From Hydrolagus colliei (Eukaryota): a stretch of 64,000 nt of DNA. Shown here piece by piece: positions 14,205 through 26,207 of the stretch. The notes below the pieces were generated by a model. That model was not told the DNA's origin. It did no database searches and saw only the letters and a program-made list of their open reading frames with translations. Position 1 is the stretch's first letter. Each line of letters starts with the position of its first letter. Both the position numbers and the translations under genes were made by a program. The stretch covers positions 9,486,001 to 9,550,000 of the forward strand of contig CM068748.1 in the NCBI GenBank assembly GCA_035084275.1, in the 5' to 3' direction.

Positions 14205-17200
14205 TAAGCCACAGCTTGTAAGTCATTTATTGATTTTATACCACACATTTCAGTGGCCTCAATGAGTATTTCCACCAGTGCCTTGAGCAAAATAAGCTTA
14301 TGGGACAACTCACTGTAACATCTATTCTGCAATGTATAAAGTGTTCTTTAAAGAGATCTTGCGTAGTTGTGAAACACAGCTTCGCAAAGTTTCCAGGAAC
14401 TTCTTAAATGAAAATTTCCATTTACCAGCAGAGCCCAAAAATCTTTAGCAAAACTTGCTAATCTGCTAGTTAACTTCTCCACCATGGTTTGTGCAGCGAT
14501 GCACAACACATTAGTGAAGTATTAACTTTTGCATAGATCTACAATGACACTGAGCTTTGAAGTTTGCAATCTATAATCTAGAATGGGGCTTTGAATGTCT
14601 TCAGCAGAGGGATAGGGTGGGGTTGTTTGGTCTAACAAAGATCTCTAACATGAACTCAAGCAGTTGTGTTTTTTAGTTGAAATATATTAATCAACAAACA
14701 ATAGTGATCTAAATGCTGAATTTTAATCTTCTTTCAACGACAATCCTTCTTGACAGTATTTTCAATGGGAATGTTAACTGCTGATTTAGCTGGAAATAAG
14801 GTCAGCAGGGAATGAGTCCAGGGGTTTAAGGAAGTCAACAGAAAACTATACTATGGTCTTTAATGTAGTAATTAAAGAAAATCCTGACTACAGCATATAA
14901 TTGAGTGAAACCTTACTTACAGAGCCTGTTGTAAATAATAAAACCTGCTAAAGATTAGCATAATTTTTTTTCAATTACTGTATTCCTAAGATAGTGTTCC
15001 TGGAATCTTGAATGAACTTTGCTTCAATTGAGGTAATTTAAAGAAGTTAAATTAAATCAGTATGTGTTAATCTACGATTTAGGGACTAACTCAATTTTTA
15101 AGGTTTGACCAGACACTGAGCTTTGTTTTTTATCCAGAAGGAAATGATTCACTGTTTACACGTAACTGAGGTAAATATCTCCAGTGGTATGTTTTCAACA
15201 CAAAATCCAAGTGAAATAATACTTGCAGTAATTGGATAAAAGAAAACAGCAATTACTTTTCTGTTTAACAGGATAAAAGGCTGACACTAGAGGGCAATTG
15301 AGAGCTTCAATGAAAAAACACAAGCTGAGCAAATTTAGATATTTCCTTAAATCTGGCTCCTCAAAGTTCCTGTGTCCTGGCTTGTATTAGTAGTTCTTAA
15401 GTGCATACTCCAGCTGAGTATTTTCTGTCTGCAGATTTTTTTTTTGTCTGGGAGTGTAATACTGCATGCATCATTTGGACAAGTTACGAGCTGTACTGTT
15501 TAAAATACATCTTTTTCTCCTCTGAAGTCTCATTATGGTATAATCGATTTCAACAAAATGTTAGATTATAAACATTTTACGATGACCACATGACGACAGC
15601 TGCTTGCAAATGAATAGGACTGGATGTTGAGGTATGTGGACTATTTGGTATAAAATGGTCCTTGACTCAATATAACCACAGCAGCTTAGTCATAATATGG
15701 GCCTATATTAATATTAAACCCTCATGTGGTCAGTTATGATCTAATGGATGAGAAATGTATTCCAGAAAATCTATTTTTCCAAAAGTAAATCCAGCTTTGA
15801 ATTAATATGTACTTGTCTGGGGCCAATGTCATTATAATACTTTTAAAATTAAAACAATGTTTTGCCATCCGAAGGTAATGTTAGAAACACTAATGTCATT
15901 TGTAGCTAATACCTAAGTAAACTATCACAAATGCTGCCTTCATTTTCTCCAACCTGGAGGCTATTGTTTAGTGTTTGTTTCCTTTGTATGTTCATTTAAA
16001 TTGAATGATTGAGGTACTATTAGGGCTGTGCTTTTCTGAAAATCTCGTATAAGCGCAACCAGATTTGGTCAAATGCTCGGGCCCAGATCAGAGCGGTAAC
16101 AAAAATGAGGCACAACAATTCTACTGTTTGGTAAGTCTTTGCAGTCATTCAGTAACATGGTTTATTCACCACAGTTAATACTTAAGGCTATTTTATAAAT
16201 TTGGTTGATTTTGTGAAATTAGGGCCTGGATATTTTGCTGAGTAAGATCAATAAACCTGATATCCACTTAATTTGATTCAGTACATTGATCTTTGGAAGT
16301 TAGAAGAGATATTAATCCTAGAAGTAGATTGTGTGTGCTTTTAGCTCTTGTACAAAATTACCCTCCAGCACAGAATCATATTATTTAATTCCGTATTGAT
16401 TAGTGGCACCGTGGATGTATTCAAATAACTGGTTTGTGTGATTTTACTTGGATGGATAAAATGTATTATGTTACGTCTAATTTGAGTACATATTGCAACA
16501 AAATAGAAAGCATTTCCATGCGCTTCAAAAATCAATCAGAATTTGTTTATGTAACACGTGAGTTATGTCCTTTATTCTCATTCATATACTCAACTTCCTC
16601 TTTTCCTATAAATTGGAAAAGAGCCTCTTTTATCAATTGCATAGCAAAATGTTACTGAAGTAGCTTGATTATAAAATATCCTTTTGAAAGAAATGTGAAT
16701 TTTGCTAATATTAATGACGCTGCATTTGCAATCATTAGTATTTCACTTCTGAAGTAAATAAAATTAGAAAAATCTGTGAATCCAGCTGTGTAGTGTAGAA
16801 TTTAAAGGAAAAATGTTGGAATGACAAATTCTCAACAGCTGATGTATGGATAAAGCTCTGCCAGTCCTAGTGGATGTAGTGATGGGATGGTTCCATGGAA
16901 TTGTTACTGAGGGAGATGTGTTTCTCCTCTCGCAAAATATAAAGGAGGCATCAGTTGTGGACCTCTTTGACAGCGCTCACAATGTATGGGATGAAAACTG
17001 CATAACTTAAAGAAAAGCACCGAGGAGGTAAAGGAGAAACATTGTTGTGAGGGATGACAAGTCTTGAAGTATTTTGCATCTAAAACCAAAATTGAACTTG
17101 TAAATGATATGTGTGTTGTGTATTGGGGTGAAACATAAGGTTGGAGAAGGATCTACTGAGTTGGATTTGTTGGCATGAAATTGATTGGCAGAATCACAGA

Positions 17201-20200
17201 AAACCAGTGGAGATTGCCAAAGATGGGCGGGGGAACAAGCGATTTGTGTGCAGGAACTTGTGTGGGAAGGAATTTGGACAACAGAGCTCTGAATGAATTG
17301 ATATTTATGAAATGTGGAGCCAGAAATTGTATTTCACTCCACAAAACCGATTTGCAAATATCTGAAATTGGTCCCTTGTATGTGTAGTTCAGTATATGGT
17401 ACAAGAATGTTCAGATTAATTGTGCATAAGTACATCGCAATACTGTGTATGTAATCGCAATGCTATATAGCACTGCAATGCAATTATGCAAATAGCACTG
17501 TGAACACTTGTATTGATAATCTACCATCTGCTCTGTTCAAAGAACAAGGAGAGCCCAGTGTGTCACTGCCACAGGACAAGAGTTACACACATCAGAACAT
17601 GTAGTGTCAGCACCACTATTTGAAATGAGCAGCACAGACACAACATACACGTTTGGAAGATCCAACAGGTCACATATGCAGCTACTGTATTCTTTCCTCA
17701 CCCAGATCGGTAGTCATTGTGAAACATCACAATGGTTCCCTGTCCTTCAATGGTCCACTGGTTCTCTGTTACCAATGTTATCAATAGTTCTTTGCCGTAA
17801 GATTGATACAGTTAGCTGCAGACACCTGTAGTGTGTTCCACGTTGTCTTCTGTTCATATTTCACTGGTCAGCCACGCACCCTTATCTCTCTTCAACGAAG
17901 CACCAGCTAATAGTTACATACAACACCGGCAAGGAACAGTTCAAGGCATACAAAGAACCAACTCAAGAGTGGATTGATTCAAATCAGTGCATCATAGTAC
18001 AGGTACGACACAACTGAAAACAAAATGTTATTTTAATACACTGTGTGCACCATCATTTATAATTGTACCTAAAATAAAAGTCACCCAAACAAAAGATATG
18101 TGGTACAGAATAAAACCCAAATAGGGTGGTAAAGAGCAGTTGTGTGACTATAAATGTGTCCACGCAAAATAATAGTATCTGGTTGCAAAGCTCATTGGAA
18201 TACAATGAGATCTTCAATGACATCTTCTTATAGCTGTTTGATATCTTTTGTGCCAGGTTCACATAGTGAGTGCCTGGCAATACAGGGTCTCAAATAGCTC
18301 TCTGATGGAATGATGCACAGCAAACGGCTGGCTCACAAAGAGTGACTACCTGTCAGTGCATGGAATGTCAGAGTTACATAACAGTTGAAGGAGTAATGAC
18401 CTTCAGTGTGCAGGCCTAATGCTTGTCATTCTCGCTAGGTCTGGATCAGATGCTACACCTCAGTCAAATGCACCCAACCCTTTTTTTCTAGTTTGCTAAA
18501 GCTTTTAACCCTGAGAGGTAGGAATGCTGAGATTAGCACTCAGCATGGAAGAATCAAATACCTAATATTTCAAACCTTTTTGTACAAATGTCTGCACTGT
18601 CACTAAAATTAGTAACACATGAATATCAACCAGCGTGAATCTTGGAATACCAATTTAAATGGGTAAATACATTTGAAATGTTTGTGTTTTAAAATGTAGT
18701 ATTGATGTAGTATTTACACCACAACTTTAATCCTCTCCAACACACCATATAACTCTATGAATGGTGTCTTTCTCACGTCAAAATATGCAGCCTATTTTTA
18801 TTTGCAAAAATGACATTATATTGTGGATTGGATATCCAAAATTAAAATGAGAGATAATGCCTAGAGAGACATTTCATTTCTTCACATTGCAGACCTAAAT
18901 TATTTAATTTTGATTTAGTAGTAAGAAGAATATCACCAACTGAACTGGATTAGGTGCAAATTACAACCACATTTCATGTTAGTATTTTTAAATATAAAGA
19001 TAGTGTAAATTTGATTAATCGGGGTTGCGCATCTGTCTCATCTACTGCTGGCTCTTAAATGTGTAAAATTATAAACAGTGAAAACACTCTTCTTTCTTGT
19101 CAGCAGCTCTTATACTATTGTCTGTCATTGAAATCTTAACAGCGCACTGCAAAGTTAGAGCTGTTGAAATGCCATTTATATGTGACAGCCTTAGAAGAAC
19201 TGAACTGAATAAAATCAGTCAAATACAATAGAGATCACATTAAATATTCTGCTCAGATAACAGACCTTACCCATATTTGGTCGTAATTATTATCTCCATT
19301 TATGAATGTGACTCTTGAAAGGTACATTACTTGGGAGTAAAGTAATGCATGCACCATTTATTATTTTAAGGCGTTTGGGAACTTAATCCAGATACATTTG
19401 TTAAACAGAAGCCATTTCATAATATCTAAAAAAGGAAAAGTTGAATTGTCTATAGGAAATGACTAACTCTTGACAAAAATACAATAAAAACAAGCTCAGG
19501 CCACTTATGAACATCAGTAAATTATACCTTAGAATTGTTCATATATCCACTGAGCTGGCAGATTCCATTGACATCCACTTGAAACGTGTTTCTGAGAAAA
19601 TTGTTAGTGTGTCTGGAAGTACTGTAGTGAAACTTTGTTGTAATTTGAATCAGCTTTGAAATCTGAGCAATGAACATAACTGTTGCTTCAGCGTTTATTA
19701 CATACAAGCTGTGGCAAGTATTAGCATTGCTTAGGATAGTTTGGGTCTAATTAAAGTTCTCTGTGAATTAATAGATGACTTACATTGACAGGCATTGTGC
19801 TAACAGTATGTTACATAAACACAAAATGGATTAAATCTGAATATCAAATCTCTGGCACACCCTCCTAGTGTGACCTCACTTTGGATTTGAAGCAATGCAA
19901 TAAAGCTTGTGTAAATTGGATAAAGAACTGAAAGTAGATTCATCCTTTGGGACCCCCCTGGAGCAGAATCTGGTATCGTTGGTGTTTTTAATGTTGTATC
20001 ACTTGAGTCACCATCAACTCCTGATTGCCATCACTTTCTACATTGCAGGTGCATCAGAAGAATGAAATTTGAAATTGTTTTCCATACTACTGAAAGCCAA
20101 TTAAAATAAATTAAATATGGACAAAATGTAATAAACTTTATAAGTTAGGTGGGGTGGGCACACACATTATGTATATAACATCTTATTTCTTGAACTGGAA

Positions 20201-20231
20201 TTTGCAGCAGGCGAGATTTTCTTCAGCAAGT

Positions 20232-20292
20232 AACAATAAACAATAAAATTGCATTCATATAGTGCCTTTCACATCAGGATGACCCCTCAAGA
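20232..20292 (-). mobile_element. Degenerate L2/SINE 3' tail fragment
   Basis: The stretch aacaataaaattgcattcatatagtgcctttcacatcaggatgac resembles the reverse complement of the L2 terminus. Confidence 0.5.
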
Positions 20293-21679
20293 TTTTGGAC
20301 AAGCAAGGGTTTGCACCCTTGACGTTAAATACTCAACCAAGATTTTATACGATAGAATTCAGATCTTTCCCAAATCTAACTAAACTGAACTAAAACTAAA
20401 CAAGCAACCTTTGAATTAAAGGCCTTATTCACAGACAGTGCTAATAAAAAGAGTGGCTGTGGTTGTGCTGCTATTTAGAGGTTTCTCTACTTCAGAATAT
20501 CTGGCATCGTTGCTTTAATCATAGACATAATGAGACAGGATGTTGGTTGCCAGATCCCAAAAGGGAGATGGTTGGAAACTGATTGAACTGTTTATACTGT
20601 GTTTTGGTCCACAAAAGAATTATGGAAGGAGTACAATAACTGAAGTAATGGGATCATGTTCCAGTGATACTAAATTGGATTTTCATTTGCAGTAATTAAG
20701 AGGTTGTTTTGTTCACATTCTGGCACTACCATGTGAAACTTAATAGTCAAGAATAAATTTATGCCTCGCTGTAAAATAATCCTTTGTTAAGATTGCTGCA
20801 GTGCTTGATTTACATGCCCTGATATTTAAATGGCAAGGGTTTTATGTTCACAAATATCATGAGAGGATATCTTACACAAGGCTAATAAACATTTTCCAAT
20901 GTGAGATTTAGTTACTCTTTTCAGAGGCATAAATTGCTGAGATAGGTTTCCCTTTATAGTGGAGTCTTTCAGCTCTTAGGTGAGAATATTTAGCTTGTGA
21001 ACTGCTAAAACAATCATTGTTCTCCTTTTAGCTAACTGCAGTATCTGGTCAGTTGTTTGTATGGTAAGTGTGAAATGATCTGTGACGCATTAACATTTGC
21101 TTATGAACTGCTGCATTTTATGTGGATTTTGAAGTTTACCACCACCAATGTGAAATCTGTGTCTGTCTTTAAGAAATGAAATCATTTGCCTTAGGGAGGA
21201 CATTTTGTCCAACCACTGGCACACAACCATTCCTTGGTGGTATTCATTTAATTACAAAATGCACCATTTGGCAAGCAAATCTCTTAATGGATCTATCAAA
21301 AACACACTAAATTACTTGTTTACTCATAGGTAGATGCAGCATTGAGGAACAATCTGAAAACCTTTCATTGCTTTCAATAATTTACTAGCTTAAGCCTAAC
21401 AAATAGTTATCCTGCTTTTTAATAATTATTTTGGTACCAGTTCAGCTAAGCAGGGCTGTTATTGTGCTTATGTTTTGGTTTAATGCTTCTGAAAAGTACA
21501 CACAAACTACTTCAATCCATCTATGTTGCCTTTGTTAACCATATAGTTAATTTTGTTAGAAAATAAATTGTGTACAAGTGCGAAATATATCATTTGTCAC
21601 ATAAAACATAGAGCCAGAACTCAAAATGTTAAATGTACTATAAATACCAAATTGGAGTACGTGAAATTGAGAGCCAACA

Positions 21680-22088
21680 GCTCTTTCTGTGCCACATTCT
21701 TAGAAATGAGTAACTAGCCTGCACAGCAGGCATACACAGTACGCTTCAAATTAATTCATAATCAGCCCAGCAACGTAACTCCAGTAACTGAAATCACTCT
21801 TACTGTAAGGGAGGTGGGACAAGATGACGACAAATAGCCCTCGAGCAGCTAAGCTCACAAGTATTTTTGCCAGGCAGTCCATCCCACTTTTTGTTTTGTC
21901 AGTGATCTGCTATTACATGAGTAATCGGCGTTTGAGTGGGAGCGAGAAGTTGTGGGCAGAGAGGAAATGCTACGATAATGCACCAGAGTTTCAATTTACT
22001 GTGCATCTGAATGGCAGCGATGCTGCATATTGTCACATGCTGCAATATTAATGTTTGAAGCTAATAGGACAAGGTTGATTCAGCTAAA
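21680..22088 (+). promoter_or_regulatory. Candidate internal promoter and 5' UTR of the short ARID5B isoform
   Basis: GC and CpG content are locally higher than in the flanks. A perfect STAT5-type site TTCTTAGAA lies at 21697-21705, with an AP-1-like TGAGTAA and a GGGAGGTGGG box nearby. The region sits directly upstream of the ATGG|GT donor. The TSS is not determinable from sequence. Confidence 0.45.
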
Positions 22089-22092
22089 ATGG
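22089..22092 (+). CDS. ARID5B: Putative coding end (ATG-G) of the alternative first exon of the short ARID5B isoform
   Basis: The sequence cagctaaaATGG|gtaaaa spliced to 24523 gives in-frame MAPNLKGRPRK. It has A at -3 and G at +4, and matches the recalled start of the mammalian short isoform. Confidence 0.65.
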
Positions 22093-24522
22093 GTAAAATA
22101 CTTTTCTGTTTATTCTGTGTGTCTGTTATATTCTTTGACTGGCTCTTGTTTCTTCCTCTGTATTGAAGGATGTTAAATATTCACAGTGTAGAAAAAGTAT
22201 TGCACATTAAATGACTCATTGCAGGTTGTAGTGTTTAATCTAGGGGAAGTATTTTAACAATAGCTGCACAGCATTAGCGAACTGAATTGAAAGCCACATT
22301 ATAGTAGCTGTGTAATAAAATAAATTAACATTTCATAATTCATGTTATATGTGGTATGTGTTTGGGGATGAAAATAAATAGTTATTTTTTACTGTAATAC
22401 GTACAGGATATCATTATATTTTAACATCGTTGCTGAGGTATTTTAAACCAACCATTATTTTTTGTAATTGATTAATCACCAGTTGGATTGTCTCTTCAGA
22501 CTTTGATTTTTAAGAGTCACCATGAAATTTAACAATGATATTTGTTATACATACTTAGAATACTCAGCAGCGTACAACTAGGAAGATTTTACTAATGAAA
22601 GGAACAACACTGCTCATTACACAACAAACTTAATTAACTAATATTTCCCTTTTGTCGATGTGCTGTGCATATGAAGCATTGTAGGCGTTTTACCAGAATA
22701 AATGTATCAACCTTAAGTTGTACTTTTCCCAAACTTATTTAAGGGTGAATAATTCAGAACATTGAAACAATCTAATTAAAGATTAAAGAATCTGTAGCAA
22801 AGTTAGAGTTGTTAAATATTTATTATTTGACTTGCTTTCTTTTAATTAAAATATAAATACAAGCCTTGTGGTCTTTAAACATCCCAGCAGGTTTTCATAG
22901 CTCATACAGCATTATATTTTCTGTGACAGTTCTATGTTTTAAAATCCGTACTTTGTTAATTACAGCTTACAGTTAAACCCCACATTCTGCCATTAGAATA
23001 GGCTCTGGCTACTGGATACATACACAGTAATTGGGTCAGAATCCTTTCCTATTACATGCTACGTTTGATGTCACGGTTGCCTGTTATGGTATTATACCAA
23101 AGAAAGTATGAATTTAGCTTTTCAAATGTGCAGTGCTATAATTAATGTTCCTAAATCTCATAAATGTTTTGGTACTGAATACAGTCTTGTCCCAAAGACT
23201 TAAATAAAACAAGGTTTCCTTTTTTTTAGATAGCTCTTTATTTAATTTCAGAATACTGCTGCTTTGGGAGAAGCCTAATTACTTGAAGTCTTTTTTTTAT
23301 TTCATCATTTAAAATAGAGGAATTGATGTATGCCTGGCGTAAAATGTATTTATGGGGCATTACACTGGTACTGTGTGAGCATGTCATTTGCATTGTTGTC
23401 AGTGAATGAGAGCAGATTGGGAGTTATTGTATTGTTCGGATTCATCAATACAGCGATATGATGACTAGTGAAACAAATTGCATTTAAATTGTGCATTCAG
23501 AGCGTTAGTTGGATGAAAGAATCCTTACTTCTAAGATTACTCTGTATTAGCAAAGCATATTTGGCATGGTTTACAGCAGTATTTCTGTTTTTACTAGGGT
23601 TGATATATTTGAAAGATTAAAAAAAACAGTAAATCAAATCTCAAAGTGACGCTTGAGGCTCCAAATATTGTAAAATTGTGTGTCAGTTTACAATTAAATT
23701 ATTTTCACACAATTTGTGCAATTCATCGCAAAATTTTGCATTATAATAGAGCTGTAATAAACAGTGAATGGTTTGATATAGCTGAGCTGTTTTGCAAAAT
23801 TTGTATTGGAAGCTACCTATAAATGAAGGTGGACCGGGCCTCTCTTTGTATGTAAGCTTGGAAACAGAATCCACCATGGACTTATGGACCTTCATTATCT
23901 GCCAAAAACCCATGTGGAAAACATGTGGTGGTGGACTGCAACATAATGCCCACTGAAGCATTTGGTTAAAAATCACAGAGGATGGAAAAATATATCCAAC
24001 ACTGGCAGAATGAAAGTGAGAAAAGAAAGTGAAATAGGAAAGAATTGAAAATGGGAATTTCTCACCTAATGGCAGTTTGGTGCAAATACAAAACAAAAGT
24101 GATAATGTGGGTTGGGTTGAGAGGGGGGCAGGAAAATTGAGGGGTTTCCAAGTATGATTTTAGTTTACAGTTGTGTGATTGGCCTTTCTCTCAATAGCAT
24201 ATTTTGCTTTATTATGTATTTGGTTGTGTGTGCTACTTGTAACCTAAAAGATAGAGCAGTTTTTATATACTGTATATGCACATTTTCACAGCGCAGAGTT
24301 CCACTTTCTCTGATATGTCCTTCTGATGTATTCTTTTGGAACCTGAAATTATCGTGAGATTTTGTACTTCATGTTCAGACTGGGAATGGGTAGTTAGTTA
24401 ATAGTCTGGTGCATTTTATGTTGGTGAATTATACTGTATAAATCTAGCTATGTGTCTATAAACACCTATCAGTCCTGAAAACATACTGACAACTGAACAT
24501 TTGGGGTTCTTTTTGATTTCAG

Positions 24523-24641
24523 CACCAAACCTAAAGGGCAGACCTCGCAAGAAAAAGCCCGGCTCACAACGGCGAGACTCACAAGCTCTGAATGGACTGA
24601 AAGATTCCAATGATGATTCAGATGGAAAGAACATTGCAAAG
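24523..24641 (+). CDS. ARID5B: ARID5B coding exon (human exon 5 equivalent) with an AT-hook-like/NLS motif KGRPRKKK and an RRDS kinase site
   Basis: Acceptor ttttgatttcAG, donor AAG|gtatgc. Translates (A)PNLKGRPRKKKPGSQRRDSQALNGLKDSNDDSDGKNIAK, matching vertebrate ARID5B. 119 nt, phase 1 to phase 0. Confidence 0.95.
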
Positions 24642-24856
24642 GTATGCACGTTCATCAAACTAATTCAAGTCCCAGCTTTTCTTCCTCTAATTGGTTGCAA
24701 TTGTGTTCAAAATATCATTCGATCGATATCATGCCAGTCAAATCAATCCCAAGGAAATTACACTGAAGTACTGCATAATGAAACGTGGGTTTATGTAGAA
24801 AACGTCAAATGGGAAATGTTGCTGCTGTTGTAAATTCTGCCTATTTTCTTTCTCAG

Positions 24857-25061
24857 TCAAAATGTGAGTCTAAAACTATGATGGCAAAACCCAAAAATAA
24901 CAACAGCAACTGCAAAAACATCACAAGTCATGAAAAATCAAAGACTGCATCAGGTGATGAGTGCAGAGCAGAGGAGCAAGCTTTCCTTGTTGAACTCTAC
25001 AAATACATGAAGGAAAGAAGCACTCCAATAGAACGGATCCCTTATCTTGGATTTAAACAAA
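24857..25061 (+). CDS. ARID5B: ARID5B coding exon (exon 6 equivalent), start of the ARID domain
   Basis: Acceptor ttttctttctcAG, donor A|gtatgt. Translates SKCESKTMMAKPK...ECRAEEQAFLVELYKYMKERSTPIERIPYLGFKQ. 205 nt, phase 0 to 1. Confidence 0.96.
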
Positions 25062-26100
25062 GTATGTGTAATTTTTTTTACTAAAATATCTAACCTTTAG
25101 GACAAGAAAAAGTATTATATCTGTACTGAGTACTGATCCATTAATAAATCAGGTGGTAGAAGTACCAGCACTGCAGTAGTTTAAGAATATTCCAATGCAG
25201 GATTATACTTTTATCAGTCAGAAGCACATTGCACAAGGGATGCAGTATGATGAGCTGATGAAGTCAGTTAACATCTGAGTCACATCAGTTTCCAGATCTG
25301 ACTGATCTTCAGCCTATCTGAGGGTTTCCAACTGTTTGTCAACAAAATAAAAAGTTATTCTTGGTGCTAAGGGTTGACCACAGGAATTTTCCAGTTATAA
25401 GTGCACAGTGCCATAGTTGCTACATTTAGAACAATAAAGAGTATTATTTCTGCATGTTCCTGTTCATGTACCATCTCAGTATTCCTGTATCAGTTAATGT
25501 GTTACAGAGAGGTCTTTCTGCTACTAATGACCTCAATGATTGCAAGTCATGTACAATAAGGAATTAGATGGTGATAACCCATTATAAGCTTATTAATGTC
25601 AAAATTATTGCATTGAGGAGCTAGAATAAATTCTTACCATAGATTATAGAATCTTAGTTTGGGGGGTGGCAATTTGCCCCAATGTTTTATATCTAATCCT
25701 ACAAGTGCTGAATGTTCCTTCTTTACTTCCAAGTATTTGATCCATTTCTTTTGCATCTGCTATTATGGGCTCAGATTCATCAGTTTTTTTTTAATGTTCA
25801 AGATGTTTTTATATGTGCAGAACTGTGATAACAATATATAACACCTATAATGATTCAGAAAAGTGTAACTTGTGAATTAGAAGCATCATATGTTGTAATG
25901 CACTATGCTTTTCAAGAAACATAGGATTTGTTTTGTATTAAGGCAGGCTAGTAAAAGTAATTGTGTTCAGCTCTTCACTTGTTTTCAGGAAACATTGTTG
26001 TGGTCCAGTGCTCTATGTACCTCCAAGATCAGGCTCAGTGTTTACACCACTTATAGACCCAATCCAGTTTCACAGATCCCTGGAAGGAGAGTAATATAAT

Positions 26101-26207
26101 AAATAATAATCATTCTTGCATTTGATATAGCGCTTTTCACGACTTCTAGACATCGCAAAGCGCTTCACAGAGTATACTGTAAAGTGAATTGACTGTATAC
26201 TTGTGGA
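26101..26207 (-). mobile_element. SINE 3' fragment
   Basis: The stretch ttgcatttgatatagcgcttttcacgacttctagac..aaagcgcttcacagagtatactgtaaagtgaattgactgtat is the reverse complement of the SINE tail seen at 55300-55369 and 35260-35350. Confidence 0.8.

Noticed and set aside
17830-17920. Possible Penelope GIY-YIG endonuclease remnant (PRC..YFTGQPRTL)
   Set aside because: It needs several frameshifts and the similarity is too weak to support without a profile search.
21061-21069. ATG|GTAAGT as an alternative first-exon donor
   Set aside because: It is a strong donor consensus but phase 0, so it is out of frame with the phase-1 acceptor at 24523.
1-21600. Upstream ARID5B exons (1-4) or a nested gene in the first 21 kb
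   Set aside because: No ORF resembles the ARID5B N-terminal exons. The short ORFs have intron-like composition or derive from L2, so the region is treated as intron 4.
24108-24144. G-quadruplex-like G runs upstream of exon 5
   Set aside because: The fourth tract needs a long loop, and such runs are common in vertebrate introns.
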